Source: Dipteris shenzhenensis
Taxonomy: Eukaryota
NCBI GenBank assembly: GCA_047967505.1
Contig: CM106538.1
Reading direction: 5' to 3' (one strand)
Length of the DNA: 64,000 nucleotides
A model generated the notes under the pieces. The model was not told the DNA's origin, ran no database searches, and saw nothing but the letters and a program-made list of their open reading frames with translations. The position numbers were made by a program, and so were the translations under genes. The number at the start of each line of letters is the position of its first letter. The first letter of the stretch is position 1. This document shows positions 54,227 to 64,000 of the stretch, in pieces.

Positions 54227-54260
54227 GCGGGGGGAGGGGAGGGGGAGGGGGAGGGAATGG
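54178..54260. repeat. (GA)n microsatellite followed by a G-run tract
   Basis: Direct reading; other (GA)n/(TG)n tracts at ~41545, 42909, 44101, 54474, 61555. Confidence 0.9.
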
Positions 54261-54470
54261 GAGCTGAAGGAATGGGGTAGGAGAAAAAGAAAAAGAAAGA
54301 AAGATGTATTGACGTCCGCGGGAGGCCTCGCAAGCCTATGGGACAAAGTGCACAAAAAGAAGACTAGTACAAGCCTCAATGGGCTGGAGCAAAGGGCACG
54401 CTAGGGCCCTTGCTGAGTACCAATCTATGCTAGCAAAATCACAATCAATCAAATACAAACTGAATCAAAC

Positions 54471-54509
<39 letters not shown>

Positions 54510-55355
54510 GTGGAGAGTAAAAGATTAGAGGACTTAATAGTCCCTCTCCACAATCCCCTCTTACCTCTCACGTGCTGGCCACAATCCGAAAGGTCGCGAA
54601 CCAAATTCTCTGCGCAGCCTTGTAGCCCCAGAGGCATTGGGGGATTGTCTCCAGTACTCGCTCTGCACAACAAAGGCATCTGCCACCATCGACTCGTATC
54701 TGCTCTAAACAAGGACCAATGGGCAGCCCTCCATGATCCATCAACTAGAAGAAATAGGAGCTCCATGGCCTCAGTCTGGTCCAAAGGCGAGGCCAAAAAC
54801 ATGAGATGACCTCCTTGGGGACCTCCTACTCCACCCAATGACGGGTCCAAGCTACGGCCTCTATCTATATACGACGGACCGATGCGGGTCGCGTAGGAGA
54901 AGGGCACCTCCTTCCACTCTGTCTGACTCTCCTACTCATGTAGGCCAAAACCACTCCATTGGGTCCCACTTACATCACGGAGAGGCCAGCCCTCCAAGAG
55001 CCAAAGGTGCCAAACGATTCACTTTGTCTTTGAGAAGCAATGCTCAACTGAGAGTTTGAGTGAGAGAGGAGGAGAGCACAGTGACACACGAGTTAGGGGA
55101 TAAGCAATGAGTAATGTGTGTACCTCCCCAAGCACACGGTAGACCTTTTATATTAATGGATAAGGTTACAACCACTAAGTACACTGTACTTAGTGTACCT
55201 AGCAAACAAATGTACTAACTGTACTTAAGTGTACTAACTGTACCAGGGTAGCATTAGTGCCTTTACCCCCACAACCTCCCACTTAAAGGCAAAGTGCCCT
55301 TAAGTAAATAAAAAAAAACAGCATATACACAATGGAGTACATAGCCCAGTTGGGC

Positions 55356-58300
55356 TCATCCTATACCCATCAAGTGTCGACAGTGTGCTAACCACTCTGC
55401 AGGCAAACCTTTTGTCAACAGATCTGCTGGATTGTCATCCGTATGAACCTTGACAAGCTGAATCAGCTTATCATCTATCACCTTTCTGATGAAGTGATAC
55501 TTCACATCAATGTGCTTTGTCTTTGCATGGAAGACAGGGTTATGTGCCAACTGAATAGCACTCTGGCTGTCACAATGCAACAATGGAATATCACCTGTAA
55601 TGCCCAAATCTCCCACTAGCCGAGATAGCCATAAGGCTTCCTTGCATGCCTCTGTAGCTGCAATATATTCAGCTTCAGTGGTGGACAAAGCTATGCACTG
55701 CTGTATCCTTGATACCCACGACACTGCACCTCCTGTGAATGTATATACATAACCGGTAGTAGACTTTCGGTTATCGGGATGACCAGCATAATCTGAATCA
55801 ACAAAACCATGCACCTTTGCATCCTGCTTGCCAAAGCATATGCACAACCCTTGTGTGCCCTTCAGGTATCTCATAATACCTTTCACTGCCTCCCAATGCT
55901 TCTTACCAGGGTTTGCCATATACCTGCTAACCATTCCCACTGCAAAAGCAATATCAGGTCTGGTAGCAACCATGGCATACATGAGACTGCCACAAGCTGA
56001 AGCATACGGAATTTTGGCCATCTCAGCCCTGTCAACATCTGACTGTGGGCTGTCCATTGCACTGAGTTTCACATATGGAGGCAATGGAGAACTAAGAGTC
56101 TTCCCCTTCTCCATGTGAAACCTTTGCAAAACCTTGCCAATATATTCTGACTGAGACAAGTACAACAACCGCTGTTTCCTGTCTCTCCGTATCCGCATGC
56201 CCAGTATGTGATTTGCATCACCAAGGTCCTTCATATCAAAGGCCTCATGCAATCTCCTTTTAAGATCATCAAGCTCTTTACGAGCTTTACCTGCAATAAG
56301 CATGTCATCCACATACAAGATAAGGATGAGTAAGCTGCCATTTGCAGCCCTTTTAGTATAAAGGCAGTGATCAATATCACTTCTCTTGAAACCTTGGGAC
56401 CTCATGAAGGTATCAAACTTTTTATACCACTCCCTTGGTGCCTGTTTGAGCCCATAAAGACTCTTCTTTAACTTACATACAAGTGACTCCTTGTCCTTGA
56501 CTGCAAATCCCTCTGGTTGCTGCATATAAATCTCCTCTTGAAGATCTCCGTGAAGAAAAGCTGTCTTCACATCCATTTGGCATAATTCCAAATCCTCACA
56601 TGCAACCAAAGCAAGTACAGTCCTGAGTGTAGTCATCTTGACCACTGGAGAGAAGATCTCATCAAAATCTACACCATATTCCTGCTTAAATCCTTTGACT
56701 ACCAACCTGGCTTTATACCTTGGCTTAGCATCAGGTGTGACTTTCAATCTGTATACCCACTTGCATGGTAGTACTTTCATACCCTTTGGCAGATGCACCA
56801 ATTCCCAAGTACCATTTTTATGGAGACTGTCCATCTCGGACTTCATGGCTAGTTCCCATAGCCTTTTATCATGCATTTGCACAGCTTCCTTGTAACAGGA
56901 AGGCTCCCCACAATCAGTAAGCATTATAAAGTCTGCCCCTGGAACAAACCTTTGTGGCTGCCTTGTCCTCCGAGTGGACCTTCTGACCCATTGGTCTTGC
57001 TGTCCAGCCTGGTTTTCACCTAAAACAGGTGGCTGTTCCATCAAATTCTGTGGCAAAACAATGTCTGGAACATCTTCCACATGTGGTACATCATTTAAGA
57101 TGTCTTCCGCCATAGCGGGCTGTCCATTTGGACCTGCTGCAGCCTGTTGTGGCTGATTTACAGCTTGCCTGAACTCTACAGAATGTCCCAAATCATCAAT
57201 GTCAATATCTGACACATGTGAGGGCTGTTTTACAGCTTTAAACATGCATGATTCATCAAATAAGACATCATTGCTGCGTACAATTCTTCTACTGACTGGA
57301 TCCCATAGGCGGTACCCCATCTCACCCTTGTCACCATATCCAAGAAATATGCATTTAAGAGACTTAGGATCTAGCTTGTTGCGCTCTTCTCTGCGTATGT
57401 GCACGTACGCAGTGCAACCAAAGACCCTTAAGTGCTTATAGGACGGAGATTTCCCTGTCCAAAGCTGTTCAGGCACTTCGCCTGCTAGCCTCTTATTAGG
57501 CGACCTATTTATGAGATGTACTGCTGTCTTCACAGCCTCAGCCCAAAATCCATAAGATAAAGCAGCATGTGACATCATAGAGCGGACCTTTTCCTGTATA
57601 GTTCTATTCATGTGCTCTGCTGTACCATTTTGCGGTGGACTGTAAGGAACAGGGAGTTCCCTTTGAATACCTCTAGCATCACAGAAATCACTGAATGCTT
57701 TAGATAAATACTCCCCTCCATTGTCTGAACGCAAAACCTTCCGTGTTTTGCCTGTCTGGTTCTCAACCATGGCAAGCCATTTCTGAAACACTGTAAAGAC
57801 CTCACTCTTCAGCCGAAGAGGATACACCCACACCTTCCGTGTGGAGTCATCAATGAAAGAAACAAAATACCGTGCACCTCCAAGTGAAGGACTAGGCATC
57901 TCACACACATCTGTGTGTACAAGCTCAAGCTGAGCATCCTTATGTCCTATTTTCCTTTTATGAGGGCACTGTAATTGTCTGCCATAAATGCAATGCTCAC
58001 AAAATTTAAGATCAGAAAATTTGAGAGACGGTAAGTAGCCAAGACGAGCCAACTGCTCCATTCCACTTATGCTCATATGTCCCAACCGGCTATGCCACAT
58101 AGAAATATTCGGCAGCTCGGTTGCATAAATATCAGCATGATTACATACATTGGCATGAAGAGAATACATAGTGTCAACCTTGGGACCTTTGGCAATAACC
58201 AAGGCACCTTTGGTGACCTTCCATAAACCATGACCAAAGCTGGTCACAAAACCTTCATCATCCAACATACCAGTAGAAATCAGATTTTTCTTGACTTCAG

Positions 58301-59432
58301 GAACATGCCTGACATTGTGTAGCATAAGCTGAGTACCATCGGCAAATACAAGCCTCACATCTCCAATGCCAACAATATTGCATGCATGATTATCTCCCAG
58401 AAACACGACTCCATTACTGCCTCCTGTGTACCTGACAAACAACTCTCTGTAAGGTGTAACATGGAATGAGGCACCTGAGTCAATAATCCAAGAGTGCATA
58501 TCTGCAAGACTGCCTGCATGAAGAGAATGAGCATCCAAAGTAGAGAGAAAGAGAACCTCTCCCTCACTGTCATCACCATGTGTAGAATGAATTTCTTCAA
58601 TCTTCACTGTACTCTTGCCCTTGCTTACTGGTACTATTGCCTTTGCATTTGCATCAGATTCCTTGGCCTTGTCTCTCTTATCATTCTTCAGCTTATAGCA
58701 TTGCTTCTTTGTATGTCCCTTCTTGCCACAGTAGTGGCACTCAATATCTTTGTTGGAGCGGGACTTGCTCCTACTCTTTCCCTTTTCCTGGGATTTACCC
58801 CTTTGCTGATTTCTTCCCCTTGCATTCAAGGCATTGTTAGGCTTTGACACATTCTGAGCTTTCAGCTTTTGCTCTTCCTGCATAATCAGCCCTGTAATAT
58901 CTGCAAAACTTATAGAAGCATTTGCATTTGTAACAGCCGTGACGAACGTATCCCAACTCTCAGGAAGGGATATCAAGAGTGCCATACCCTTGGTTTCCTC
59001 GTCCACCACATACTTCTGATTTGCAAGCTGAGTTATGATAGAATTGAACTCATTCAGATGTGCATCAATGGAAGTGCCTTCCTTCATCTTCAGGTTGAAG
59101 AACTTCTTCAACCAATATATTTTTGTTGCTGCACTTTGCTGCTCATATGTGTCCTGTAACTTTTTCCACACACCCCAGGCAGTATTCTCACCATCAACAT
59201 TCCAAACAACACTCTCATGGAGTGACAATTCAATGATGGATTTTGCTGACAAATCAGCCAGTGCCCAAGCATCATCTGTCATGCCCGTGGGCTTTACACC
59301 TTTGTGCACTATTGGAGCATGAAACTGCCTGAGAATAAGAACATTCAGGACCATCTTTTTCCACATAGGGTAGTTAGCAGCACCCTGCAACTTCTTGATG
59401 TTAAGAAGTGAAGACTCCGATGATGAAGCCAT
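55356..59432 (-). CDS. Copia gag-pol polyprotein, 1358 aa from the ATG at 59432
   Basis: Gag, knuckle CHYCGKKGHTKKQC, PR WIIDSGAS, WHSRLGH..CEHC, IN (HTDVC, SDNGGEY, NGTAE), RT YVDD, RNase H (DSD, EAEY, DSQSA, NPAD). Confidence 0.97.
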   Translation of the reverse strand: MASSSESSLLNIKKLQGAANYPMWKKMVLNVLILRQFHAPIVHKGVKPTGMTDDAWALADLSAKSIIELSLHESVVWNVDGENTAWGVWKKLQDTYEQQSAATKIYWLKKFFNLKMKEGTSIDAHLNEFNSIITQLANQKYVVDEETKGMALLISLPESWDTFVTAVTNANASISFADITGLIMQEEQKLKAQNVSKPNNALNARGRNQQRGKSQEKGKSRSKSRSNKDIECHYCGKKGHTKKQCYKLKNDKRDKAKESDANAKAIVPVSKGKSTVKIEEIHSTHGDDSEGEVLFLSTLDAHSLHAGSLADMHSWIIDSGASFHVTPYRELFVRYTGGSNGVVFLGDNHACNIVGIGDVRLVFADGTQLMLHNVRHVPEVKKNLISTGMLDDEGFVTSFGHGLWKVTKGALVIAKGPKVDTMYSLHANVCNHADIYATELPNISMWHSRLGHMSISGMEQLARLGYLPSLKFSDLKFCEHCIYGRQLQCPHKRKIGHKDAQLELVHTDVCEMPSPSLGGARYFVSFIDDSTRKVWVYPLRLKSEVFTVFQKWLAMVENQTGKTRKVLRSDNGGEYLSKAFSDFCDARGIQRELPVPYSPPQNGTAEHMNRTIQEKVRSMMSHAALSYGFWAEAVKTAVHLINRSPNKRLAGEVPEQLWTGKSPSYKHLRVFGCTAYVHIRREERNKLDPKSLKCIFLGYGDKGEMGYRLWDPVSRRIVRSNDVLFDESCMFKAVKQPSHVSDIDIDDLGHSVEFRQAVNQPQQAAAGPNGQPAMAEDILNDVPHVEDVPDIVLPQNLMEQPPVLGENQAGQQDQWVRRSTRRTRQPQRFVPGADFIMLTDCGEPSCYKEAVQMHDKRLWELAMKSEMDSLHKNGTWELVHLPKGMKVLPCKWVYRLKVTPDAKPRYKARLVVKGFKQEYGVDFDEIFSPVVKMTTLRTVLALVACEDLELCQMDVKTAFLHGDLQEEIYMQQPEGFAVKDKESLVCKLKKSLYGLKQAPREWYKKFDTFMRSQGFKRSDIDHCLYTKRAANGSLLILILYVDDMLIAGKARKELDDLKRRLHEAFDMKDLGDANHILGMRIRRDRKQRLLYLSQSEYIGKVLQRFHMEKGKTLSSPLPPYVKLSAMDSPQSDVDRAEMAKIPYASACGSLMYAMVATRPDIAFAVGMVSRYMANPGKKHWEAVKGIMRYLKGTQGLCICFGKQDAKVHGFVDSDYAGHPDNRKSTTGYVYTFTGGAVSWVSRIQQCIALSTTEAEYIAATEACKEALWLSRLVGDLGITGDIPLLHCDSQSAIQLAHNPVFHAKTKHIDVKYHFIRKVIDDKLIQLVKVHTDDNPADLLTKGLPAEWLAHCRHLMGIG

Positions 59433-61303
59433 TATAATCAGCAAATAAACAATTCAACCCAAGTTTGGGTGCCTTACTCACTGCAAACCAAGTGCACACT
59501 TGCACTTGAACTGTGCTCAAATATTTAATTCCCGCAGCGGAATAAATAGGAACTGAAATGCACACAATATCTCCCACTTAAACAGAGATGTATCACTGTT
59601 TACTGCTTGCTGCAGTTTCAGTACAGCAACTCTGTTTGCATCGTTTAATGCACTTTTGTACAACCAGCTTATCTCTGAAAAATCAGAAGCATTTGCCCTT
59701 GTAAAATCAGTAAAAAATAGCAATAATAAAAGCTTTTTGTACCGCTGTACGCTGACTGAATTCAGTCAAACCTGTTGACTTTTAACTGTCCTTGACTGTA
59801 CCAGAAAGTACAGCAACAGATTTTCACTGTTTAACAGTTCAATGTCATGAATTTCAACCTCCTTGACACTCCTAAAACTGTATTTAACAGTTTAGGACAG
59901 AAATTGGGCAAAAGCCCCTTGACTGGAGGTAAAAAAAATCACAATTTCACTGCATTACTGCTCTCCTGACATTTATAAGGCATATGCATAAGTCTCTGGC
60001 AAAAAAAAAAAAAAACATTCCCTTTGCAAAAGCCCCTTGTTTGACTAGCACATTCCGTGCTGAAGTCTGCATTCACTTCCTGTGTACCATTGGTCACAAA
60101 TGCATTTAAATTTGCAAAATTCAATCTCCAATGTGGAGTCAGAGACGCAATTCCTGCGTACACAAGCCCAATGTAGGCTCTGGCTACAAAAGCCCCCTTG
60201 ACTCTGCAAAGGAAATTGAGGATTTCCTCACACAGTGGCATACAAGCTCACTGTATTTGCATCTGACACTAAAGATGCTCAGTTAGAGCTCACAGGACCC
60301 TGTGGCTGTTCCTGCACCTGCAAGGACAATTTTGTACCTGCTGTACAACTGTACTACTGTCTGTACCTGCTTGCACGCATCCCAATGCAAAAAAAAACTT
60401 CTGCTTCTATCCTGTCACTTGTTCTCTCAAATCACATTCTTATCCGCAAAGAACAAAGATGTACCTTGCTGTATTTCTGATTTTTTTCAGACAAAGAATC
60501 TGATTTTCATTTTCTTTTTCTTCGTCAGGTGCGCTATGAAAGGGAAAAAGCCTCTATACCAGAGGAGGTGCGCAAGACGAGGATTGAAGAGGGAAGGCTA
60601 GTCGGAGGCAGATGGCTGTCGGCCCACAGCCGACAGTCGGCAGTCAGCTGTAGGTCGACTGTCGACCTGTTAGAGGTCGACCCTGTCGGCCTTGCTCCTG
60701 GCCGACAGAGATGCGCGCGACAGCACGCCTGTATTGCGCGCTTGCCTGCAGTAGATGCGCGCGACAGCGCGCTTCGCTTGCGCGCTTATCTGCTCCTCCA
60801 CACCTCCTGCTGGCAGTCCTTGCGCCCGCGTGCTGCTTCTGACCTTGCCTTAGGCCAAGACTAGTGGCCTTCGGCTGCTCTTGCAGATGTCCAGCCGCAG
60901 CTTAGCTGCCGGCTGCTGTTTGCCCTTGCCACAGCAGACGGCTGTTATGCAGCCGACCCCTGCTCAATCCCTCGCACGACCTGATGTGACAGCAAGCTGC
61001 ACGCCTAGCTTCAAAACGCGCAATGAGGTAGATAGACTCGTGCGCAATGCAGCCGCCTCGATGGCTCCTGGAGAGCTACTCCTTCGAAGAAACAAGGACG
61101 AGCTGAAAAATGAGATAGACGGAGAGAAGAGCTAGAAGAACTCGGAGGGAGAAGGGGGATGGGCAACCCGGAGAGGGAGAGATTGTGTTCCTCGCTCTGA
61201 TACCAGTTGAGAGTTTGAGTGAGAGAGGAGGAGAGCACAGTGACACACGAGTTAGGGGATAAGCAATGAGTAATGTGTGTACCTCCCCAAGCACACGGTA
61301 GAC

Positions 61304-61402
61304 CTTTTATATTAATGGATAAGGTTACAACCACTAAGTACACTGTACTTAGTGTACCTAGCAAACAAATGTACTAACTGTACTTAAGTGTACTAACTGT
61401 AC
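61304..61402 (-). promoter_or_regulatory. Putative LTR U3 promoter: seven GTAC cores followed by a TATA box
   Basis: Seven GTAC in 61338..61402, TATAAAAG at 61311..61304 on the minus strand; identical copy in the other LTR. Confidence 0.55.
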
Positions 61403-61550
61403 CAGGGTAGCATTAGTGCCTTTACCCCCACATCAACATCTTCAGTTCAAAGAGTGGGTTTGTTATTGCAAGAGGAACAGACAAGGAAGAATAAATCTTC
61501 CTCTTCCCGTAGCAGCTATCAAGCACTTGCTGTCCAAAATAGGAGTCAGG

Positions 61551-61604
<54 letters not shown>

Positions 61605-62094
61605 GCAAATTGCTCAATTGAGACATTAAAGCTTTGCTGTCTCTAGATGCCATGCAGACTACAGAACTGAGTGAATATCGTCACTGATATGCTCCCTATT
61701 TTCACTACATAGGCATTTGATCAGTGGAAGTTTAAACCATAAAACTTGTTTCATATGAAGGGGACGTGCAAGAAATTTTGATTTTAAGTAAGGAGATTAT
61801 GGCTACATAGCAAACATAAAGCTTAAAGAAAGAAGCATATATGGCAATTTACTATGCATATACATCTTGTGGACGTCAAGGAGACCCTGACTATGATAGA
61901 ATTAATACACAAAACATCATCTCCATATAAGTTCAAGAATAATAATTAAACGAATTTGAGAGAAAAAACAAGAAAAAATTAAGTTCAAGCACTCTCTCCA
62001 ATCTAAGTTCAGGAATAACAAGTAAAAGAAATTCAAGAGCGAAAAGAATTAAAAAATGACTATATCCCAAAAATGAACAATCACCATATAACAC

Positions 62095-62209
62095 CTGGTT
62101 ATGTGTGCGCTGCCATATCAATCCATCATGTTCCAAAACTGGTCTATAATTGGTTCGCGTTGCTCGCTCTCCCTCGGCCCATTTAATGGCGGACTCATGT
62201 AAAGCTGAC
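62095..62209 (-). CDS. SNRNP48: U11/U12 snRNP 48-kDa protein, 115-nt internal exon
   Basis: ttgcag|G then SALHESAIKWAEGERATRTNYRPVLEHDGLIWQRTHNQ|gtgtta; YRPxxxHDGL motif of plant U11-48K; phases join both neighbouring exons. Confidence 0.88.
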
Positions 62210-62354
62210 CTGCAATATACACAAGATTTCAAACAGTTCTGAAGTCAGCTGTGGTGCAAGGGGGAAATCCATGTGGAGCAATGGATAGCAAAAGAGCAAC
62301 AGAAGAATCCACAACTCTTCCTTCGTACCCAATAAATAAAAACGGTTTCCTTGC

Positions 62355-64000
62355 CTTTGAAATGGTGAAATATGAAAGAAGTGAGACGCGGCTTTCCTAG
62401 ATTGTCCAAAAGCAGCTCGCTCCTGGATCCCTGCAATTGCTGCTGCTAACTCCCGCAAAGACAAAATTCCTTCACCAATAACACTCGAATCATTGATGGG
62501 TCTGCTGACACCTTTTAACCCCAGACGTGATCCAATGTCTTTTTCCAGTTGACAATCCTTGCTAGCCAAGTCTTCTGCTTCCGAGTCCACCTTTTCAGCA
62601 GTTTTCAAAATAACTTGTGAAGACCTCCATTCATTCACCTTATCATTTTCCACTGCTCTCTTAGGTGTCGACATCTTACCTTGCTCAACTCTTCCCACTG
62701 TAGCTTTAATATCTGCCTGTCCATGTGAAAATACAAGGCAGTAAGCAGCATCCTCCATTGCCTGCTTGTATAAGCCTAGGACCAGGTTTTTACTGGCAGC
62801 TGCATCACAAAGGGGAGAGAGCTGGGAAGACAACCACGAACCACTGTCAAACAAAATTCGGCAGTCCATTGTCTGTTTTTCTAAAGCTATGACTTCTCCT
62901 TTTTTCAAGTTTGACGAGATCATTGTTGCTTCTCTATAAACCGCTCGCAGACAAAAGACTAACAGAGAGAGTATGTGATCTGCTAAGCTCTTATCTGGCT
63001 CCACACCAAACGAAGGCAAGTATGCTTGAAGCCACTTCCTGAGAGCTGCCCTTTTAACCTGTCCCAAAGCCACAGCTGCTTTTAACTGCGTGGAGGTGTA
63101 TTGCGAAGGTAGGCTGTTCCATGAGGCCAATTCCTTTTTCAAAAGCCAATATCTTGATGGTAGCATTGATTTTTCTTCCCCAGAACTGTAAGGCGCCTCA
63201 ATTTCAGACCCTTTCCAGGAAGGAAGTTCAGCCCATTTTTCACCCATGGCAAAACCTGGCAACGTAATGCCATCACCTTTAATGAATTCCAGATGTGCAT
63301 GCATCTGCACCACAGCAGGAGCATCCTTGTAGAAAAAGTTGTTTGAGAGATCGCACTTATCCCTCATAAATTCTAATGTGTCATTTAATAGTTTCGTTCC
63401 TTCCAAGAGCTCATTCGGTCCCCTTGCATGCTCAAAAGGCGCTTTCTCATCAAAGATAAATTTCGACTTGGGAAGACTTTCCAACACGCCGCAGCTTGAA
63501 GATGCATTAGAATCTCTAGCTATCGTGGTTTCCATTACAAGTGAGGAAGGGAATGAAGCAACTGTCTGCACGCTTGAATTTAGGGCATAACCCGATATCT
63601 TTTCCGCTGGCAGCTTGTCCGAGCGAGAAAAGTTGCGTGACGCGTCAGGCTTAAGCTTAACAAGATCGAGGATTTTAGTAACGGCCTGATCTGCCTGCGC
63701 GATAAGCCCTCTCAAGTGCGAAACAAGTTGAGAAACATCTGCCTCCTTCAGCTTTGGCGAAGGACTGCTATCCTCCGGACGGAGGCTACTGCCCTCCATA
63801 AGCGGTGACGCTCTTGAATAACGAGAAGGATCATGGTTGCCAGGTGCACCCGTTCCAGGCAGAGTAAATGGCGGCCTGTGAGTTCCTCCATAGCTGAAAC
63901 CCGGGTTAGATTGCAAAACAGGGGTCGGAGGACTTGCTCCTGGAATGACGAAGCTGGGTATGTGAGCATGGGCAGGCGAGGGGGAGGGCAAAGGAGCAAA
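62355..64000 (-). CDS. SNRNP48: U11/U12 snRNP 48-kDa protein, large 5' exon (open to the window edge)
   Basis: Frame open from 64000; NFFYKDAP, LPSRYW..ELASWNSLPSQY, LRKWL, DHILSLL..CL, AAAIAGIQER blocks match plant U11-48K as recalled; ends CAA AG|gcaagg. Confidence 0.85.

Larger units (their letters stand above)
55049..61432 (-). mobile_element. Intact, very recent Ty1/copia (Tork/Tnt1-like) in SNRNP48 intron, sense orientation
   Basis: Identical 225-bp LTRs 55049..55273 and 61208..61432; perfect TSD TCAAC (55044..55048, 61433..61437); PBS tggtatcagagc (61194..61205); PPT aagtgggaggt; single uninterrupted polyprotein. Confidence 0.98.

Noticed and set aside
62195-62354. C-terminal 53 aa of the 598-aa ORF (QGNRFYLL...QVSFT)
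   Set aside because: Read-through into the GC-AG intron; conserved sequence resumes in another frame at 62209

Overview
Land-plant nuclear DNA, probably a fern or other seed-free vascular plant (inferred from the PLS-PPR style and the TE-filled 13-kb intron). Two host genes are supported. (1) An intronless PLS-class PPR RNA-editing factor with E/E+ tail and no DYW (3504..6179, +). (2) The 3' four exons of a U11/U12 minor-spliceosome 48-kDa protein gene (SNRNP48/U11-48K-like, - strand, 5' end beyond the window): >64000..62355, 62209..62095, 49094..48987, 47111..46470. Its first visible intron is GC-AG. Its 3' UTR carries a perfect tandem U12-type 5' splice-site motif (GTATCCTT-gtcc-GTATCCTT, 46255..46274), a USSE-like autoregulatory element, between two candidate alternative acceptors. 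The rest is nested transposons: an intact Ty1/copia with identical 225-bp LTRs and a GTAC-rich U3 inside the SNRNP48 intron, two older full-length copias with TSDs, a non-coding LTR element whose empty site is also in the window plus a second truncated relative, a gag-only element, a large decayed Ty3/gypsy-like element, and CACTA and LINE remnants, plus several local tandem duplications. All calls are from manual reading; no searches were run.
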